A DNA stretch of 64,000 nucleotides, from assembly GCF_009914755.1 (NCBI RefSeq), contig NC_060932.1; one strand, given 5' to 3'. The notes under the pieces are model-generated. The model ran no database searches. It had not been told where the DNA came from and saw nothing but the letters and a program-made list of their open reading frames with translations. A program made the position numbers and the translations under genes. The DNA is from the human T2T-CHM13v2.0 reference genome, Homo sapiens. Numbering within the stretch: position 1 is the stretch's first letter; each line of letters starts with the position of its first letter. Below, piece after piece: positions 13,346-30,934 of this stretch.

Positions 13346-15359
13346 CAATTGACAATCTATTAATTTCTAATGAAGAAAAGTCCAGGAAATAGCTTTCTTT
13401 TTTATGTTTGTGACATATTAAAGTTGGAATCCAGTTGAAAGGTTCTTCTAACTTATGTTTAGAATGGAAGCAGCAAATGTGTCCATCTGCAAACTCTGGA
13501 AATTCTTCCTGATTCCTGAATTTAAAGGAAATGTGAAGACTGGTAATATGAGTCCCATGATCAGAAGAAGAGGGGCAAAATTGTGTATTAACTCTATATT
13601 GACCAAAATACATGCTTCCATTGCTTTGCTGCTGTCTGGGTCCCACCTGGTTTTCAATTTTGCTTGGGTCTTTCTCCTCCTCTCTCAAATCTACACTTTA
13701 ATATTTCTTGATAGTGCCAATGACTCTCCAGCCAAACATAACCTGTTTCTTGCCAGGTGTTGTTCTGCTATCACAGGCTATGTTCCAGAAAAGCAAATTC
13801 TTTTCTCAACACCATGAATGTGGCTGACCAATCACTTTTCACATCTTTCCTCCTTTCTTCAAAATCACATTCTGGAGGAGAAGATAAAAATACACAGTGA
13901 AATTAAAATAAAATTTTTTAATTTCTTATTGAAAGATTTAAATTTTATATTAATTTCTAGAATTTCTAGTTTTTCTTTCTTTTTTTAAAAGAACAGTTTA
14001 TATTATGAACCTGAAGAAATAAGCAGTGGGGAGTTTGAAAGTCGTTGTTAGGCTTCCTGCTGCGTTTTTCTCTTGGAAAGAGCCTTTTCCACAGAAAGTG
14101 CTTCATCAGAAAGTAGACCACATTCTTTCAGGGATATTTTAGATGAGATCTATGCCCTAATGTAAAGTTGGAGGTGAGGTTTCCAAGGTCACTTTCAGCT
14201 CTAAGGCACAATGATATACTCTGAACGATTATCACATCACACTGGAAAGGGCCTATTATTTTTATTTAACCATGTATTTTAGAAATAATAAGCCCTTTGT
14301 TTACATAGACACTATTTAGAGAATGATACACTTTTTCAGACTATTCTAAAAATCTCAAAATTAAAAGAGCCCAGGTTAATAAGGGGCTGATTTATTGCTT
14401 TACTACACAAGATGTTTGCCATTAACCTAACAGAGGCGCCACACAGAAAAATCATTGTGTAGGGGAAGAAGCCAGAAGGAAAATTAGTCCTGTGATGAAA
14501 GGGAACCCATTATGGCTGACTTGATGATATTAATGGCATTTTCCTTCCTCTACAGTATTGTAAAACCTAAATATTTTAATGGGACTCATTTCCTCCCCTG
14601 GAGGAGAAAGATTACATTGCTGTAAGCCTTTTGTAAATTTCAGGGCATATGTTATGTAGCAATCTTATTCTCTCAAACTTTACTGAGGGAGCTTCATTCC
14701 TATTCCTGTGATCAGAAGCTGTGAAGTGAGAGTCACTCCAAGCTCCAAATCCTGTCAGCCAACCACTGGCCTTCATGATAGTTCAGGCTGCCAAGTGGAC
14801 AGAGACTGATTATTTTCTGGCTTCCAATTTCTGAGTCCTGCACTGTAGGTTAGACCGACTCATAAAGTTGACTTTGTGTATACAGTACCCTGAAATGGCA
14901 TAATCAACATATTTTTCTTCCTGCACATGGCAGCAGAAGAAAAGAACATGCTTCCTTAATTGATCTGCTGAAACCTTGGTCAGCAGGGAAATAAATCTTT
15001 CAACCTTTGAGTTATAAGAACTGTAGTTTTCCTAGGGCAGTGAGGATATTTTAATTTGCTTTTCTGTATAAAGCCAAACCTTAGTTTTCAATACACCCAT
15101 ATATTCAGGAACACTAGAAATTATTCTTACACACCTAATATTTTAATAATTATTACTTTTTCTAATATTAGATTATCCCATGTTGCATGCCCAGGACCCA
15201 TATCTCCAATAATGATATCATTCAGAAAAATAGTAAAAGTAGATAAAATTAAGGATATATATCAAGGTTTGATATAACCCAACATACATAACACTCAACC
15301 ATTTCAATAATCCGAAGGGTAATTTAGAGTCAAATTATCAATAAAATTAAAAAGATGCC

Positions 15360-15869
15360 TGTGGCAGATTAAATTATTGCTTTAACACTTATTTCATCAC
15401 AGTCTGTATTCATTCCCGTTGTTACATCATTTTGCAAGTTCCTCAACAATAACTGAGATACACTTTTCTCCCTCTTTAGAATTGGTCGTTTGATTTACTT
15501 CAGCCAATGAATGTGAGTGCATGCGACATGCCTGAAGGCAACAAAAGCATGGCATGAATGGACTTGTTCCCTTGTACTTTTGCCATCATCGAAAGAGCAT
15601 GCAGCTAGCCCTGTTGTCTAACGAGATGAGATAGCCTGGAGTAGGACTACATGGCTGATGTGAAAACCTGCAGCTTGAGTATTATTTCGGCCTCAGTAGC
15701 TGATCCTCCACTGAAAGAGACTCATGAGCAAGCTTAGCTAACACCAGGAAAGTGGTCCAGCTAATTTTCAGTCAGAGATAGTGTAGCTAAGATTTATGGA
15801 AAAAAAAAAAAAAGACTTTATTTCTATGAGTTTGTGATATTTTGTTACAGAGAATATCTTATTGATACA
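15360..15869 (+). mobile_element. Old MLT1 (F/G/H-like) LTR
   Basis: tgtggcaga..tttacttcagccaatgaatgtgag..tttgttacag..tgataca termini. Confidence 0.5.
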
Positions 15870-15885
15870 GTATGTATTTGATTAA

Positions 15886-16246
<361 letters not shown>

Positions 16247-17684
16247 CACAGTGGGTATTCTTAATGCCCTTTTCAGAAACTGAATTACCCTAATCGCCAT
16301 AATTCTAAAAAGGCAGTCATAAAATAAAGATATAAATTTTTCAGTGCATGAAATTAAAGTCTCAGAAGCACTTATTTTTTTCTCCAGTTATAGATTAACA
16401 ATCCAATATAAAATAATTAAAGCATTTGAGGAAAGTTGATTTAGTTAAAATCCTATAAAATCTTGATTAAAATGTAAGTAATAGTGATATATATTTATAT
16501 AGAACACCTCATTTGAAAAAGAGTTCCACACGTAACATTTTATATCAGTTCTTACAAGATCTAGTGTGGCACTGGAAGGAAGGTATGCTTAATTGAGCTG
16601 ATGGGGATCTCAAAGACATGTTAATTTAGATACACATTTTTTTAATGGACGGATTTTGCTGTTGACTATCAAATGAAAGTGTTTCAAATTTAAGGAGAAA
16701 TTCCCCATGTTTATAGTTACAAAAAAGTAATTGTGGCTTACTGATTTTACATTTCAAGGATAAACTTTTTATTCCTACCTAACAACATCTACTTTACAAA
16801 GCCTAATTATCATCTATGTATTCTCATAGGGAAGAATTGGAGTTTGAGGCTGAATACTATATTCTTAGTACCAAGAAAAGACCATGCTTGGATAGCGTTA
16901 CTGAAATCAGTCTGCATCATAAAAGAAAGAATCACCAAAAATTAATAAATGCTCCTCAGTATGAAAGCAAGTTTGCAACAGTGTCAGAACAACTTTTTTC
17001 AAAATGTTCTGTTTGTTAACCTGGAGATAATTTTTTTTTCCCATCTGATCAAGTTTTATCTACTTGTGAATATTCTGCCTCACATAGATTGCTGTGATTA
17101 TCTCCCCAACCGCATTCCATGTAATCATTGCTAAGCTCATTCATAATCACATGCTTTCTGTTTACGATATTCTCTCCTCTTCCTGGCTGTGAGCGATCAT
17201 CTGTAGGCCATTTCCCTGGAATTGAGGGACACTTTGATAACTAAGCACGATTATTTTCTTCACATCTTTACACTGCCTTCTCTCACTACCACTGAATAAC
17301 TTCTTCATTCTACGTGTATATCTACAAAGAATGGCTTGGGCAAATGTCTAAGAAGAAATATTCAGCAGGTAAAAGTTAAAAGAAAATGATATTTCTATCA
17401 ACGAAGAAAAACAGATTTAAGTAGAAATGCCAAATGTTGTTTAAAGTAGGACTACTGATTCTGGTAGATGGCTCACACTGATGGAAACTCTTAACTAAAC
17501 TTCTTTAAAAAATTGTAAAAAAAAATTTGATTCATTAATCTGATGTGCTAATGAGTAAATACATGTTTAGTGTTTGAGAATTTTTTTTAAATGAAAAAGG
17601 TCTCTACTTGTTATTCCTGAATAGATATATTCTTTAAACTAGGAATGTCAGTACTCTGAAATTCAGCCTTGTTATGATGTATAT

Positions 17685-18020
17685 TAATTAAATCCTTCAA
17701 AATATATTTACTTGAAATTTTCCATGGGCTAGATATGACCATAGGTGGTAAGGGGATAGAGGTGAACATGTTTCTGTGTCCTCAGGGAGCTTACATTCTA
17801 GTGGAGGGCATAAATCATAAACAATAATGATATTAATGCTTAGTCACATCTGTGGGAAATGCTTTATAAAGAAAAATGCAAGGCTCAATGAAAGTATATA
17901 ACAGAACCCTATTTGGTGAAGGAGGGCAGAGATAAAGTAACGTTTAGTTGAAATGAAACTTCAAAGATGGAGTTAACTAAGTGAAAAATTCTAGTGCACA
18001 CTTTTCAAACAGAGAAAACA
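17685..18020 (-). mobile_element. L2 LINE 3' fragment
   Basis: ctgtgtcctcagggagcttacattctagtgg. Confidence 0.55.
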
Positions 18021-18021
18021 G

Positions 18022-18384
18022 CAGTAGTCCCCCTTCATCCTTGTTTTGCTTTCACAGTTTCAGTTACCTGCAATCAACCACAATCCAAAAATATTAAATG
18101 GAAAATTCCAGAAATAAGCAATTCATAAGTTTTAAATTGCTAGATGTGCTAAGCAGCATGATGAAATCTTGTGCCCATGTTTTCTGTCCCATCCAGGACG
18201 TGAAACATCCCTTTATCCAGTGGTCTCCATGCTGTATACATTACCCACTCGCTAGTCACTTACTAGCCCTCCTAGTTTTCGTGTTGAAAAAACATACTGT
18301 ACATGTGGTTTGGTACCATCTGTGGTTTCAGGCGTCCGCTGGGAGGCTTGGAATGTATCCCCTGAGAATAAGGAGAGACTACCA
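18022..18384 (+). mobile_element. MER44A (Tigger7-derived) DNA transposon
   Basis: TIR-like ends cagtagtccccc / gagagactac; internal aaatattaaatggaaaattccagaaataa. Confidence 0.85.
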
Positions 18385-19470
18385 AATAAGAATTCCCTGA
18401 GGCAATTAGAAAAATGATGAATATCAGTTTCCTAGAAACATGGTAGCAAAGTGCCACAAACTGTGTGGTGTCAAACAACAGAAACTTATTCTTTCACAGT
18501 TCTGGTGAGATAAATAGAGAAACAGGTTTAACTCTAGACTTGGTTAGGATGGCAAAAGAAATAGGGCACACAAACTAGAAATGTAAAATGTACAATAATA
18601 GAAGTAGAAAGTTGAAGTAAGACATTTAAGATAATTTTACCAATCTAACAGTTGTTAGTAAAGAAAAAGAAAACAAATATTAAGCATAGTAAATATAAAA
18701 CCTTAATAATATGGTGGAAGTAAATCTAAATATATCATAAGCCACATGGATGTTATTCTTTCTTATTGAAAGACTGAAAATATCCAGATAATATTATTTT
18801 CAAAGGGTTCACACTGGCTAGTGTTACAGTAGTAAAATGTGTTATGGGATCTGAAGATGGGTTGGAAGAGAGAAAAAGTATAAAGGGCAAGAAAAATTAG
18901 GAGACCATTCAGTTATTGGTGGTAGGAAGAGAAATGGAGTAAAATATATATTTTAAGAGATACTTAAAAGTAGGTATAATAGTTTATTATATAATCCAAG
19001 GGTCAGAAGCTCATATATTTCTAAGTCTTCTGAAGTGGCCATCACCATTCAGCTTTCAAAATAACTAACTGTAAGTTCCATCCCCCAAACTGAGAAATCT
19101 AGTTCCCTTTTTCTGTTTGTGGTTATGTCCCAAGATTCTTATGGAACTATTAAGTGTTTTCATGATCTGATACTTATGTTCTGCCTCTTCTGAATTATTA
19201 GTGTTGATTTTATATTTCATGCCCTATGACTTTCTGTCTCACCTTAGCCCAAATGTGCCATAAATTTCATTTTTTATTTTTAGTAACCAATACTATCATG
19301 AAGAATTTTAAGTTGGGAGTCACAAAAGAGAGTCACAAAATAGCATGAAATTAAAAATGTTAGTCATCCTTTGTAAGATTTTCTTAGCTATAAAACAACT
19401 AGAAGATAACAGAGGAGAAAACCTTAATTACCTTCAGTATAATGAAAACTTTTTAGATACTACAACATCA

Positions 19471-20648
<1,178 letters not shown>

Positions 20649-21219
20649 TTTCTTCTCTAAGGCAATGTCAAGAGAATGAAAAGACAAGCAGCAGGTTTGG
20701 AGAAAATATTTGCAAGACTTATCTGATACAGGACTATTATCCAAATTATATAAAGACTATTAAAGTTCAATAATAAGAAAAGAAGCTACGTGATTTAAAA
20801 ATGGGTAAAATACCTTAACAGACACCTGACATCATAAGAAGACATATAAATGGCAAATAAAATAGACCTTATATTAAAGAAGATATACAGATTGCAAATA
20901 AACATATTATAAGATGTCCACATCATATGTCATCAGGGAAATGCAAATTCAAACAACAACATAATCCCATTACATACCGGTTCAAATGACCCAAATCTGG
21001 AATGCTGATGCCAAATGTTGACCAAGATATGAAGCAACAGAAACTTTCAGTCATTGATGCTGGAAATGTGCAATTGTATAGTCACTTCGACAGACAGTTT
21101 TGCAATTCTTACGAAATTAAAAATTCTTACGATTCAATCCAGATATTGGCCATTTGATATTTACCCAAAAGAGATGAAAACTTATGTTCACACAAAAGGT
21201 TGCACCTGGATGTTTATAG

Positions 21220-21528
<309 letters not shown>

Positions 21529-23105
21529 TATAGTAGTTTTATTTATAATTGTGAAAACTTGAAACCAATCAAGATGTTCTTCAGTATGTGAATGAATGAA
21601 TAAACTGGTACATCCAATGAAATATAAATGAGCATTAAAAATAAGTGATCTAATAACCCATGAAAAGACATGGAAGAAGCTTAAGTTCATATTATTAAGT
21701 GAAAGTAGCCAATTTGAAAAGACTACATACTGTATGATTCCAACACTATGACATTCTAGAATAGATAAAACTATGAAGTCAGTAAAAGGATCAGTGATTG
21801 CCAAGAGTCGGGGTGTTGGAGGGATGAATAGGCAAAGCACAGAGCATTTTTAGGGCAGTGAAACTATACTTCATGATACTATAATGGTGGATTGATGTAG
21901 TTTGGCTCTTTGTTCCCACCCAAAACTAATGTTGGATTGTAATTTTACATGGTGTTGGATGTACAACGCCAAGAGTGAACCCTAATGTACACTATGGACT
22001 TTGGGTGATTAGGATGTGTCATTGTAGGTCCACCAATTGTGAGAAACATACCTCTCTGGTGGAAGATGTTGATAATGGGGGGGGCTGTGCATATGCAAGG
22101 GTGGGAGGTTTATGGGAAAACTCTGTATCTTCCTCTTAATTTTGCTGTAAACTAAAACTGCTCTAAAAAATAGTCTCATTTTTGTAAGAAAGGAGTGGGG
22201 AAGATGATAAAAATATAAAATCCTAAGTAGAAGGGGATAAAGAAGCCCTTGGCAGAAAGGGGCTGTAGAATGACCAAGCCTCGGTACTCATTTGGATAAG
22301 ATCAAAAGAATTACACACCAGCAAAAGAATAGACCCAAAATATTGGATTCCTGTTACTAATTCAGCTAAATAAAGAAGCACAGATTAGATAAAAGATAAA
22401 TTATCTTGGAAGAAATGTCAAACTTTGCATGTTTTACTTTTTTCACAGTAAAACACATTACAAGTTGGAAAATATAAGAAAATAATTCTCATTTCTGGTG
22501 TGTCCTTGAATAGAGTAACACATGTTTTTTCTTCTAAGTTGTCTTATGTTTCTATTTTAATACTTATATTTTTTTCATTTCACTGTTGTGCAAAATAAGC
22601 TCAAAAAGACTATTGTTTTTATTCAAAAGAACAAATATTGATTCAGAAATGTTTGCACATAATTTAAATAATGATGCAATGCTAAATTTCCTATAGTGTT
22701 TTTATCATGTCTCTATCAGCAACTTTAAAACTAATGACTAATCCTAGAAAGTGAAAAATCTGAAATATTACTTGACAATGAAAATCAATGGATGAATTAC
22801 TTTTTGGAATGTTTCTGTAAAGAAGTCTTAGGATCCAGAAAACATTTTTTCCAGTACCAGTTTCAGACAATTTTATTGAGCCCTTACCACAACAAAGACA
22901 TCATGTTAAGTATAGGGGAGTGTAGATGGACAACACATACCCTAACCCACCAGGCCCTCTGTAGTAGTTTCAGGAATGTTATTCAAGCATTTTATCTGCG
23001 TGGGAAAATGAAATGCCACTGAAACTATAACCAAGAGTTTGCAAATTGACATCACATTTTAGGAACTCCTGTCCAACAGAGTTTTCACCACCCCCCCCAA
23101 CAACT

Positions 23106-23321
23106 ATATATATATATATATATCTCCACAGACATATATATATACACACACACATATATATACATATATATACACACACATATATATACATATATATACA
23201 CACACATATATATACATATACACACACATATATACATATATACACACATATATATACATATATACACGCATATATATACACATATATATACACACATATA
23301 TATACATATATATGTATATAT
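23106..23321. repeat. Compound (TA)n/(CA)n/(TACA)n microsatellite
   Basis: About 215 bp of near-continuous alternating purine-pyrimidine sequence. Confidence 0.97.
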
Positions 23322-26300
23322 CTCTTAAAACTTTAAAAATTCCAACATTTATTTTCACTTAAGAAAGATATTATATGAAATACAGTCCACAGAGCATGGC
23401 ATCATTTTTCATTTGCACTTCTCTCTCTTCCTTGATTTCCTCTCACATTCATATTCTTCAGATCTTTTCATTCCTCACATGTACAACGAACACCTTCCAC
23501 CCCCATTTACCACCCCATATTTTCTCTGCCCTTACAGTGTCTACCCACAAACACAATCTCCATACATGGGTCTATGTTCATAACAGTCAATGTCCTTTCC
23601 TTGTTTTTCTGAGTATTTTTCCTTGCCAAAGATAGAGAAATCATGAGGAAAAGTAGGGTAGTTGCTTAAAGCTGTCTTTCCCCTTGACAGCCATTCTAAC
23701 TTGAGATCATAGCTTGAGGCACAGAGCAAAATTACCTCGGACTTTTTGCTTCATCCTACTCCTAATTGTTTGGTGTATTGTTCAGATATATAGTCCAAAA
23801 GATAATGTATGTAAATATACATATGCTTATGTATATGCACACACACAATTGCTTTTTCCTTTGAACTATTTTATCTGTCTCATAATTTAGGCTTTCTGGT
23901 TTTAACTTTTAAATCACATCATCTTAAAATTACATATTATTCATATTCTCATTTTTTAGCACTTTGACTTGAATTAAATATTGTATTTTTATCACATACC
24001 TCTTTAACTTTCTAATGTCTTTGAATTATTATTTCTTTAGCTACTTGACCTATTTCTCTTATTTTTATTTACTTTTAGAGCTTCAAAAACTGAATTCCTT
24101 TTTATATTTATAAATGTTTATTTCCTTGTTTTAATATTCATTCTTTAGATTTATCTATTGTTGTCTGTTTTATTTCTAAAGCTCTTTAGAAGTTACTATT
24201 TTTTAAAACTACAATTTTATTTCTTATCTTACCTGTTTTATTTTAGTTCTCTTCATAGTCACAAGCTTAATAAATTTTTGCCTTCTTGATTTTATCATTA
24301 TATCTTAACCTTGCTATAATTATGCATTTTCACATTGGTTTTAACTTTTTATAGTCTTTTCATTTAAAAATTTTAAGATCTAATTTTAGCGTTTCTTCTA
24401 ACCTTAATCTTTGACTTTACCTTATAATTTTAACATTTTTAAGTTATGCTCATCTTTTAAGGTTTGTGTAAAATTCAACCACTTTATAGTTTCTGTCATA
24501 GATGTAGAAGCTCTGAAGACTGAGATATGTCCTCAGGTATAACAAAATACCACAATAGGGGTAGTGTTGATGAGGACGTGGCTAATTTTAGCTAATAGAG
24601 CATAGGTGGATGGCAGAAAAACTGTATTTCAAGGAGCAGAAAAGAGACTACTTCATTGAGGACTTTCTAGGTTTCCATAATGATGAAAGTACTTTGATAA
24701 ATCACTTTATGTTCTGAATAACCAATTATATCCAATTTATGAATGACTTAACTGGAGTTCCATGAAGACTAACTTCTCCTGGATTGTATGCCTAGTAAAA
24801 ATATACACCAAGTCCATCTGATTCTATTTGCTCAGTCCTTTACATTACATATGCTCATTGAAATTGCCACAGCAGGGAGCATCTTTGAACTTAATTATCA
24901 TTATGTGAGCAGAACCAGGAACACCAATGTGCCAACTGTAGGAAAATGACATTCTTCATAAAATATATATTTGAAGTAATATGAAGTCTGTTCATTTTTT
25001 AAAGGCAGTTACAAAAGGTAGATGAGGGGCTTTAAATTGTATAATTTACTAGATACTTAAGATACTTTCACACTGAGAAGGAAAAATACAGAGAGGGACC
25101 TTCCAGCTACTCTCACCAAAGTTTGAATGTTTAAATCTCTTCCACTAACATTGATAGAAAATGTATTTCTACTTAGTGAAGTAATTGCTAATTGACATCT
25201 AATTATCTTGAAAATATATTCCTGGGAAACATAGCCCATTTCATGAAATCACTGGGCTTGTTATGAATTTTTGTTTTGAATTCTAAGCTAATACTATTAT
25301 GCTCTTTAAGCTTTCCACTACTCTGTAAACACTAGTTGGTCACAGAGTATTTACACAGTATATGCCAAACTTAATACAACTAAGAGCCTGTATTTGTTTT
25401 TCAATGTTTTGAAAACTGCATAAATTTTGATGATTGACAGTCAGAGACTGAAAAATAAATATTTTTACTTTTGAATAACAAACACCCACAATTTAAACAG
25501 AGTAAAGGGGCTTTGGTTATTTGTTTTTCAAAGTGCATTCACTATTAGAAAGTAACCTAGAAAAAAACAACGTTTTATGTGCTCAGGAAGGAGAAACCTT
25601 AAAATACTAGTGACTTGTATTAATACTCTAATAGTGTTCTTTAATGTTATCGATGCTTTTCTTCCTGACCTAATAAATTCAGCAGGTTACCAGTGCAAGT
25701 TCAATGTTTTCCTGATATTACCATATGGGTTAACTTGTCAAGTAAACAATATATGCTCCTTAAGATATTCAGTTGTATGTTTTAGATCTTATTCATATGT
25801 GTATTTCTGCATGACTATCTAATCTTATCTCTATATTATATGATGCTTAATCAAATTTTTAAGTAATTTGATAATTACAAATAGCCTTTATCTTCAGCAT
25901 ATTGAGCTTATAAAACATTTCAAGTAATTTAGTAGCTTTCTTAATTAATTTTTTTCATTGGCAAGTAGATGACAAGATTTTTAGTAAGGCTTTAAAAATA
26001 ATTCACACAAGGTAGATAGTGAAAACCACGTGCAGTTTAGGAAAAACACTAAGACTGCCAAAAAAAAAAAAAATGAAGAATATCAAATATTATGATAGCA
26101 AATCCTGAAAAGAATTATCTGCCTATGATAGTAATACTCAGGAAAAATAAACCGCATTTCATTACATTAAAAGGCACTCTAATAATTTTCATTTTAGTCA
26201 TGAAGTTGACTATTTTGCTCAATCACAGTGTGTCCCCGTAATTTAGAGCTCTGGTCGTTGCCCCAGATACTCTCATTATATTACCTTTTTATTCTTTTTA

Positions 26301-28127
26301 TTTTGCTGCTGCTTCCTCTTTTTTTATGTTGCTGCTAATGTATTCTCTGAGTTGGTTGTAGGAATTAGGGAAAAATTGCTTGTAGGAAATTACCATTACT
26401 TTTAGAATAGACAAATTAGGATTAGCCAAAATGAACATTATTAACCTACTCATTTTTTAAAAAATGGCCTAAAAAGGGCACTACATTAAAAGGAAAGCAG
26501 GGAAATAACAAGGGCCATCCTTCACTTACACAATCTTTTACTCTTGCTCCTGAATTAGAACAATCCCAGGATGGATATAACTCACAAGTAGATATACCAT
26601 TTGTTACCCCTTTCAGATAATGATATGACTTCACTGGGTGAAGAAAAAGAATTTAAATTTAAGGCCAAAAAAATGGTGTTCATCTGAGTTTTTGACAATC
26701 CTACTCATCAAAATAAAGAAACAGTACTTGAAGTCTTTCGTGTTGATTTCATCAATACAATTTTAGTACTGAGAACTTAAGTAAAATTATGAAAAGCAAC
26801 ATATAAAATAAAAAAGTACAGTTTTAGAAATTCAGAACAATTGTTTCAGTGTACAAAAAATCTCTTGCTGTCACAAATAAAAATTAAATTAAATCATATT
26901 GTATAAAAAGATGAAAGCAAAAACAGTAGAGAAAAAAATTGAATTCCTATATAGGTACATTAGTGGAATATTCATGAATGTAGTGTTTTCTGGGAAATAT
27001 TATGGTGAATGACAGAGAGCTTCATTTAATATCAATCTGAAAAGCCAACCCTTTTTTATGTTTTTCGGAAAATTGGTTGTTTTATATTTATAAATTTCTT
27101 TAATATTCTTGTATAATGGAGACATCTCATATTCTCTTGTTTTATTAATGGTCACCCTGAGGACAACAATCTAAAATGTTTTCTTATCAACATTAGCACT
27201 GACATAGTTTGAAGTTTTTTATGAACTGAATTGGCAAATAGTCATTTATTCATTTACAGAGTAAGAATAACAAACTCTAAACAGATAGTCTAAGAAATCT
27301 CAAATGGTCACTCTTTATTAACTTAATACTTCAGAATGATACTGGACTTTTTATTCCCATAATTTTATATTTTTATGGCTTGAGTGGGTAAGAGAATTCT
27401 GGCTTAAGTCTTTCTGAAATACATCTGGTTGTTAGTCTCAGCAAGGGTGGACAGGTGAGCTGCTTATGGTCTTGTTTTCTTTTTGTGTGTGTGCAAGCAA
27501 TGGAAGACAAAGAATACAGTCTGCTTACTTGAAATCATAAGACTTCTTCTTTAATTTCATGCTTATAGGGCTGTGTTTTCTATTAAGTAGAGTGTCACAC
27601 AAATAATAAAATCACTCCCTGTAGGTTTTCAGACCAATAGTAAATGAATGACAACTAGGACAGGAATTCTCACTGTAAGATGAAACAAGTAAAAATATAA
27701 CATTAATAGATATTTACATGGTCTTAAAGTTTGTTAGACAAGAATCAATAAAGAGAGTGGAGATATTTAGTTATGTTCTATTTTAATCCATTATTTTAGG
27801 AAACAATATATCTGGACTTAATCTTTAAATATTAATACATGAAATTTTAATGGTTTAATGTAGTTTAATATGACTACATATTAATACTACATATTAAGAG
27901 GAATGGGTGGTATTTTTTATTATCTCATCTTTGAATACTTCTGAATAAGCCATGCTGAGATTCACCACTGGGTAACTTCTCGAGACTGCAATGATAATAT
28001 GACATCTATTCAGAGACTATTTGAAGCAAGAGTATGTGCTTTCCAACCCTGAGCAATGTCAGTGGCAATGTCCCTTTATAATTTCTACTTCCTGGCCTTA
28101 TGGGAGAGAATGTTTCTTGACAGATAG

Positions 28128-28507
<380 letters not shown>

Positions 28508-29764
28508 TGGGCATCTTATTTTCATTTATGGCCTATAAAACTATTTAGAGCATATATTTAATATATTATTGTGTAGTAAATAACACAGATGGTGACATTT
28601 GCCTTTTCTAGATAAGACTAAAAAGTTTTAGATGGAAACATTTGGAAATAAAGTCAACATGATTAGGCTATCAGTACTGACTGGTGATGGTATGAAAACA
28701 ATGTAGAAGACATCACTTTAGAGTTATAAAATCTCAGGCCAACTAGGAAAAAGTCACAGATAAAGACTCTACAAGGGGATTAATGGATTTACCTTGTATT
28801 ACACATACAAGGTTGAACTAGATTTAAGTAGTTATTTTTAATGGGTACCTTGCCTCATTATTCTCTTCTTTCTCTGATAACTCAGAAGAAGAAAACATTC
28901 TTTATGTCTGCAATAAGACTCTACATGTAAGATCATTTCTCCTGGCCCTAAGACCACTAGCAATAGGGTCTCGAAAGTAGAGTTTACATGCACCTAATCG
29001 CTAAGGCAATTCCACACCACTAAGATTCATACGAACCTGAGATAATGTATTGAAATTGCTGCTGGTGAATACAAACTGAACTACAAAGTCCTGAAGCTAG
29101 TACTATATCAGAGAGATATTCTCATTTTGAAAGAGGACCAAAAAAAGTTATAAAAGAAATAAAATAAATCATAAATATTTACTAGGGTTTAGAAATATTT
29201 CCATTTCTATATTCTTTTCAAACTTGGTTTGCACACTCTGAATTTATATATTATAGTAAAAACTTTAATTAGCATGACAGGTGATGACTATGTAAGCCAA
29301 ATGTCAGGAGATCTGTGAGAACTAGACTCATAATTCAGGCAGCCCATGGGACCCTCAGTGTGTGTGTTCTGCTGTACTAACTTTCACAGTTATCACAGAA
29401 TAACTTTAAAACTGTTAAGATTTTCACCTTCTATAAAATCTCTGTAAAAGGGTCTTAAAACCTGAGCCAATGTAAAATCATCACATTTGTATACATTAGT
29501 GTCGTTTTCCTTATTGTTTTCTTTCCCTTAATGTTGCTCAGCTAGTGAAGAAGAAAAATATAAATAATTCTCTATTTTTTAAACTTTACTTTTAGATTTA
29601 AAAAATATCAAATCTTGTAAGAAACTGTTAGCTAACTATGAGATAAAGGAAAAGTAAATTTAGATTTTGAAACAGCAGTTTAAAATCTAACATGTTAAGC
29701 ACAACAAAAGTGTAATTAAGTTGCCTAATAGATACCTTTTTTTTTTTTTTAACCCCAAGCCAGT

Positions 29765-30225
29765 ATGCTATTTTTCATTTGCTCCTCAAGATCCATGCTC
29801 CTCTTTGCTTTATCTGCTGTGTTTCCTGGGAAACAATCTATGTGGAATAAACTAACACACTCTGACTCCTAGTTGGGGTCAATGAATGGGAAAGCCATGA
29901 GACATTAGAGGAAGAAATGTGAGTAAAGTTAAGCTCTTTATCCCCTCTGTCTCCCTGCAGAACCACTGCAGGCTGGCTATGGTCCTCAGCTGAAGGTCAT
30001 AGCAAAGTCAGACAGTTCTCTCTTGCCCAGTGCACATAATCATCCCTATCCTAGTCCTTAAGTGGGATAATAATGGTTCCCAGTTCATTTAGCCTCTGAA
30101 GTACTAACCACACTAGTCCTTGCGTTTTCCATAAAGGCCATGTATACCTTAAAAACAGTCACTTTAAAAAAATCTTCTCTAATGTATGTGTGATATTTAT
30201 TTCTTACAAAGTCCTTGCTGATATC
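29765..30225 (+). mobile_element. LTR33-like ERVL solo LTR
   Basis: gctcctcaagatccatgctcc..agttggggtcaatgaatggg..tgaaggtcatagc..ccttgctgata. Confidence 0.6.
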
Positions 30226-30381
30226 CAAGTGACAGGTATCCAAGTATCTGGTGGCTGAAAAATCATTCTCATCACCAAATATAGAAATATTTAGTATATC
30301 TACTCAAAAGTTAGTCTATATGGCATATAATCTAAGATTCTTTATGCTAAAAAAATTATTCTTTAGGAAACCTCATACAGA

Positions 30382-30494
30382 GCTGGGTGCGGCAGCATGT
30401 AACTGTAATCCCAGCTACTCCAGAGGCTTAGAGGTAGGATCACTTTAGCCCAGGGGTTCAAGACCAGCCTGGGCAATATAACGAGGTCCTTCTC
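30382..30494 (+). mobile_element. FLAM (Alu monomer)
   Basis: Single monomer: ctgtaatcccagctactc..ttcaagaccagcctgggcaata. Confidence 0.8.
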
Positions 30495-30934
30495 CCAACC
30501 CCCTTAAAAATAACCCATATAATATTGGGGAAAAGAAGTAAAAATCAAGAATAATCCTTTCTAGGATTCGAATGACCTATTATCTCCTCAGTTTCCAGAG
30601 ACTGTCAAAATACTATTAGACTCTTCATGTTTACAAAACTTTTATTCAATGTCATAAATGAAGTTTAGCAAAAGGAAGTTCCATTATGTAGAATTTTGCA
30701 TTTTCAAGTGAAAGTTTATTTTTATTCTTATCCAGTTAACTTTGCAAAGTCATAAAATACTTGGCCATTATCAGATTTCACTAAAACTTGAACTTTGCAA
30801 AATCATACAATTGCTCTAAACTTGTATTATTTCCTTTTTCACAGCTAGGGTTAAATGTAATTTTCACGTATCTTTCATCTTTATATTATTCATATCTTTA
30901 ACTGCAAAATAAATGTTTCTTTTTTTAAATTTAT

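Noticed and set aside
13329-13817. Overlapping ~120-aa ORFs on opposite strands
   Set aside because: No recognisable domain or family; at most a non-coding exon candidate.
22979-23358. YI/VC-rich ORFs (also at 40955-41328 and 53301-53486)
   Set aside because: Products of TA/CA microsatellites.
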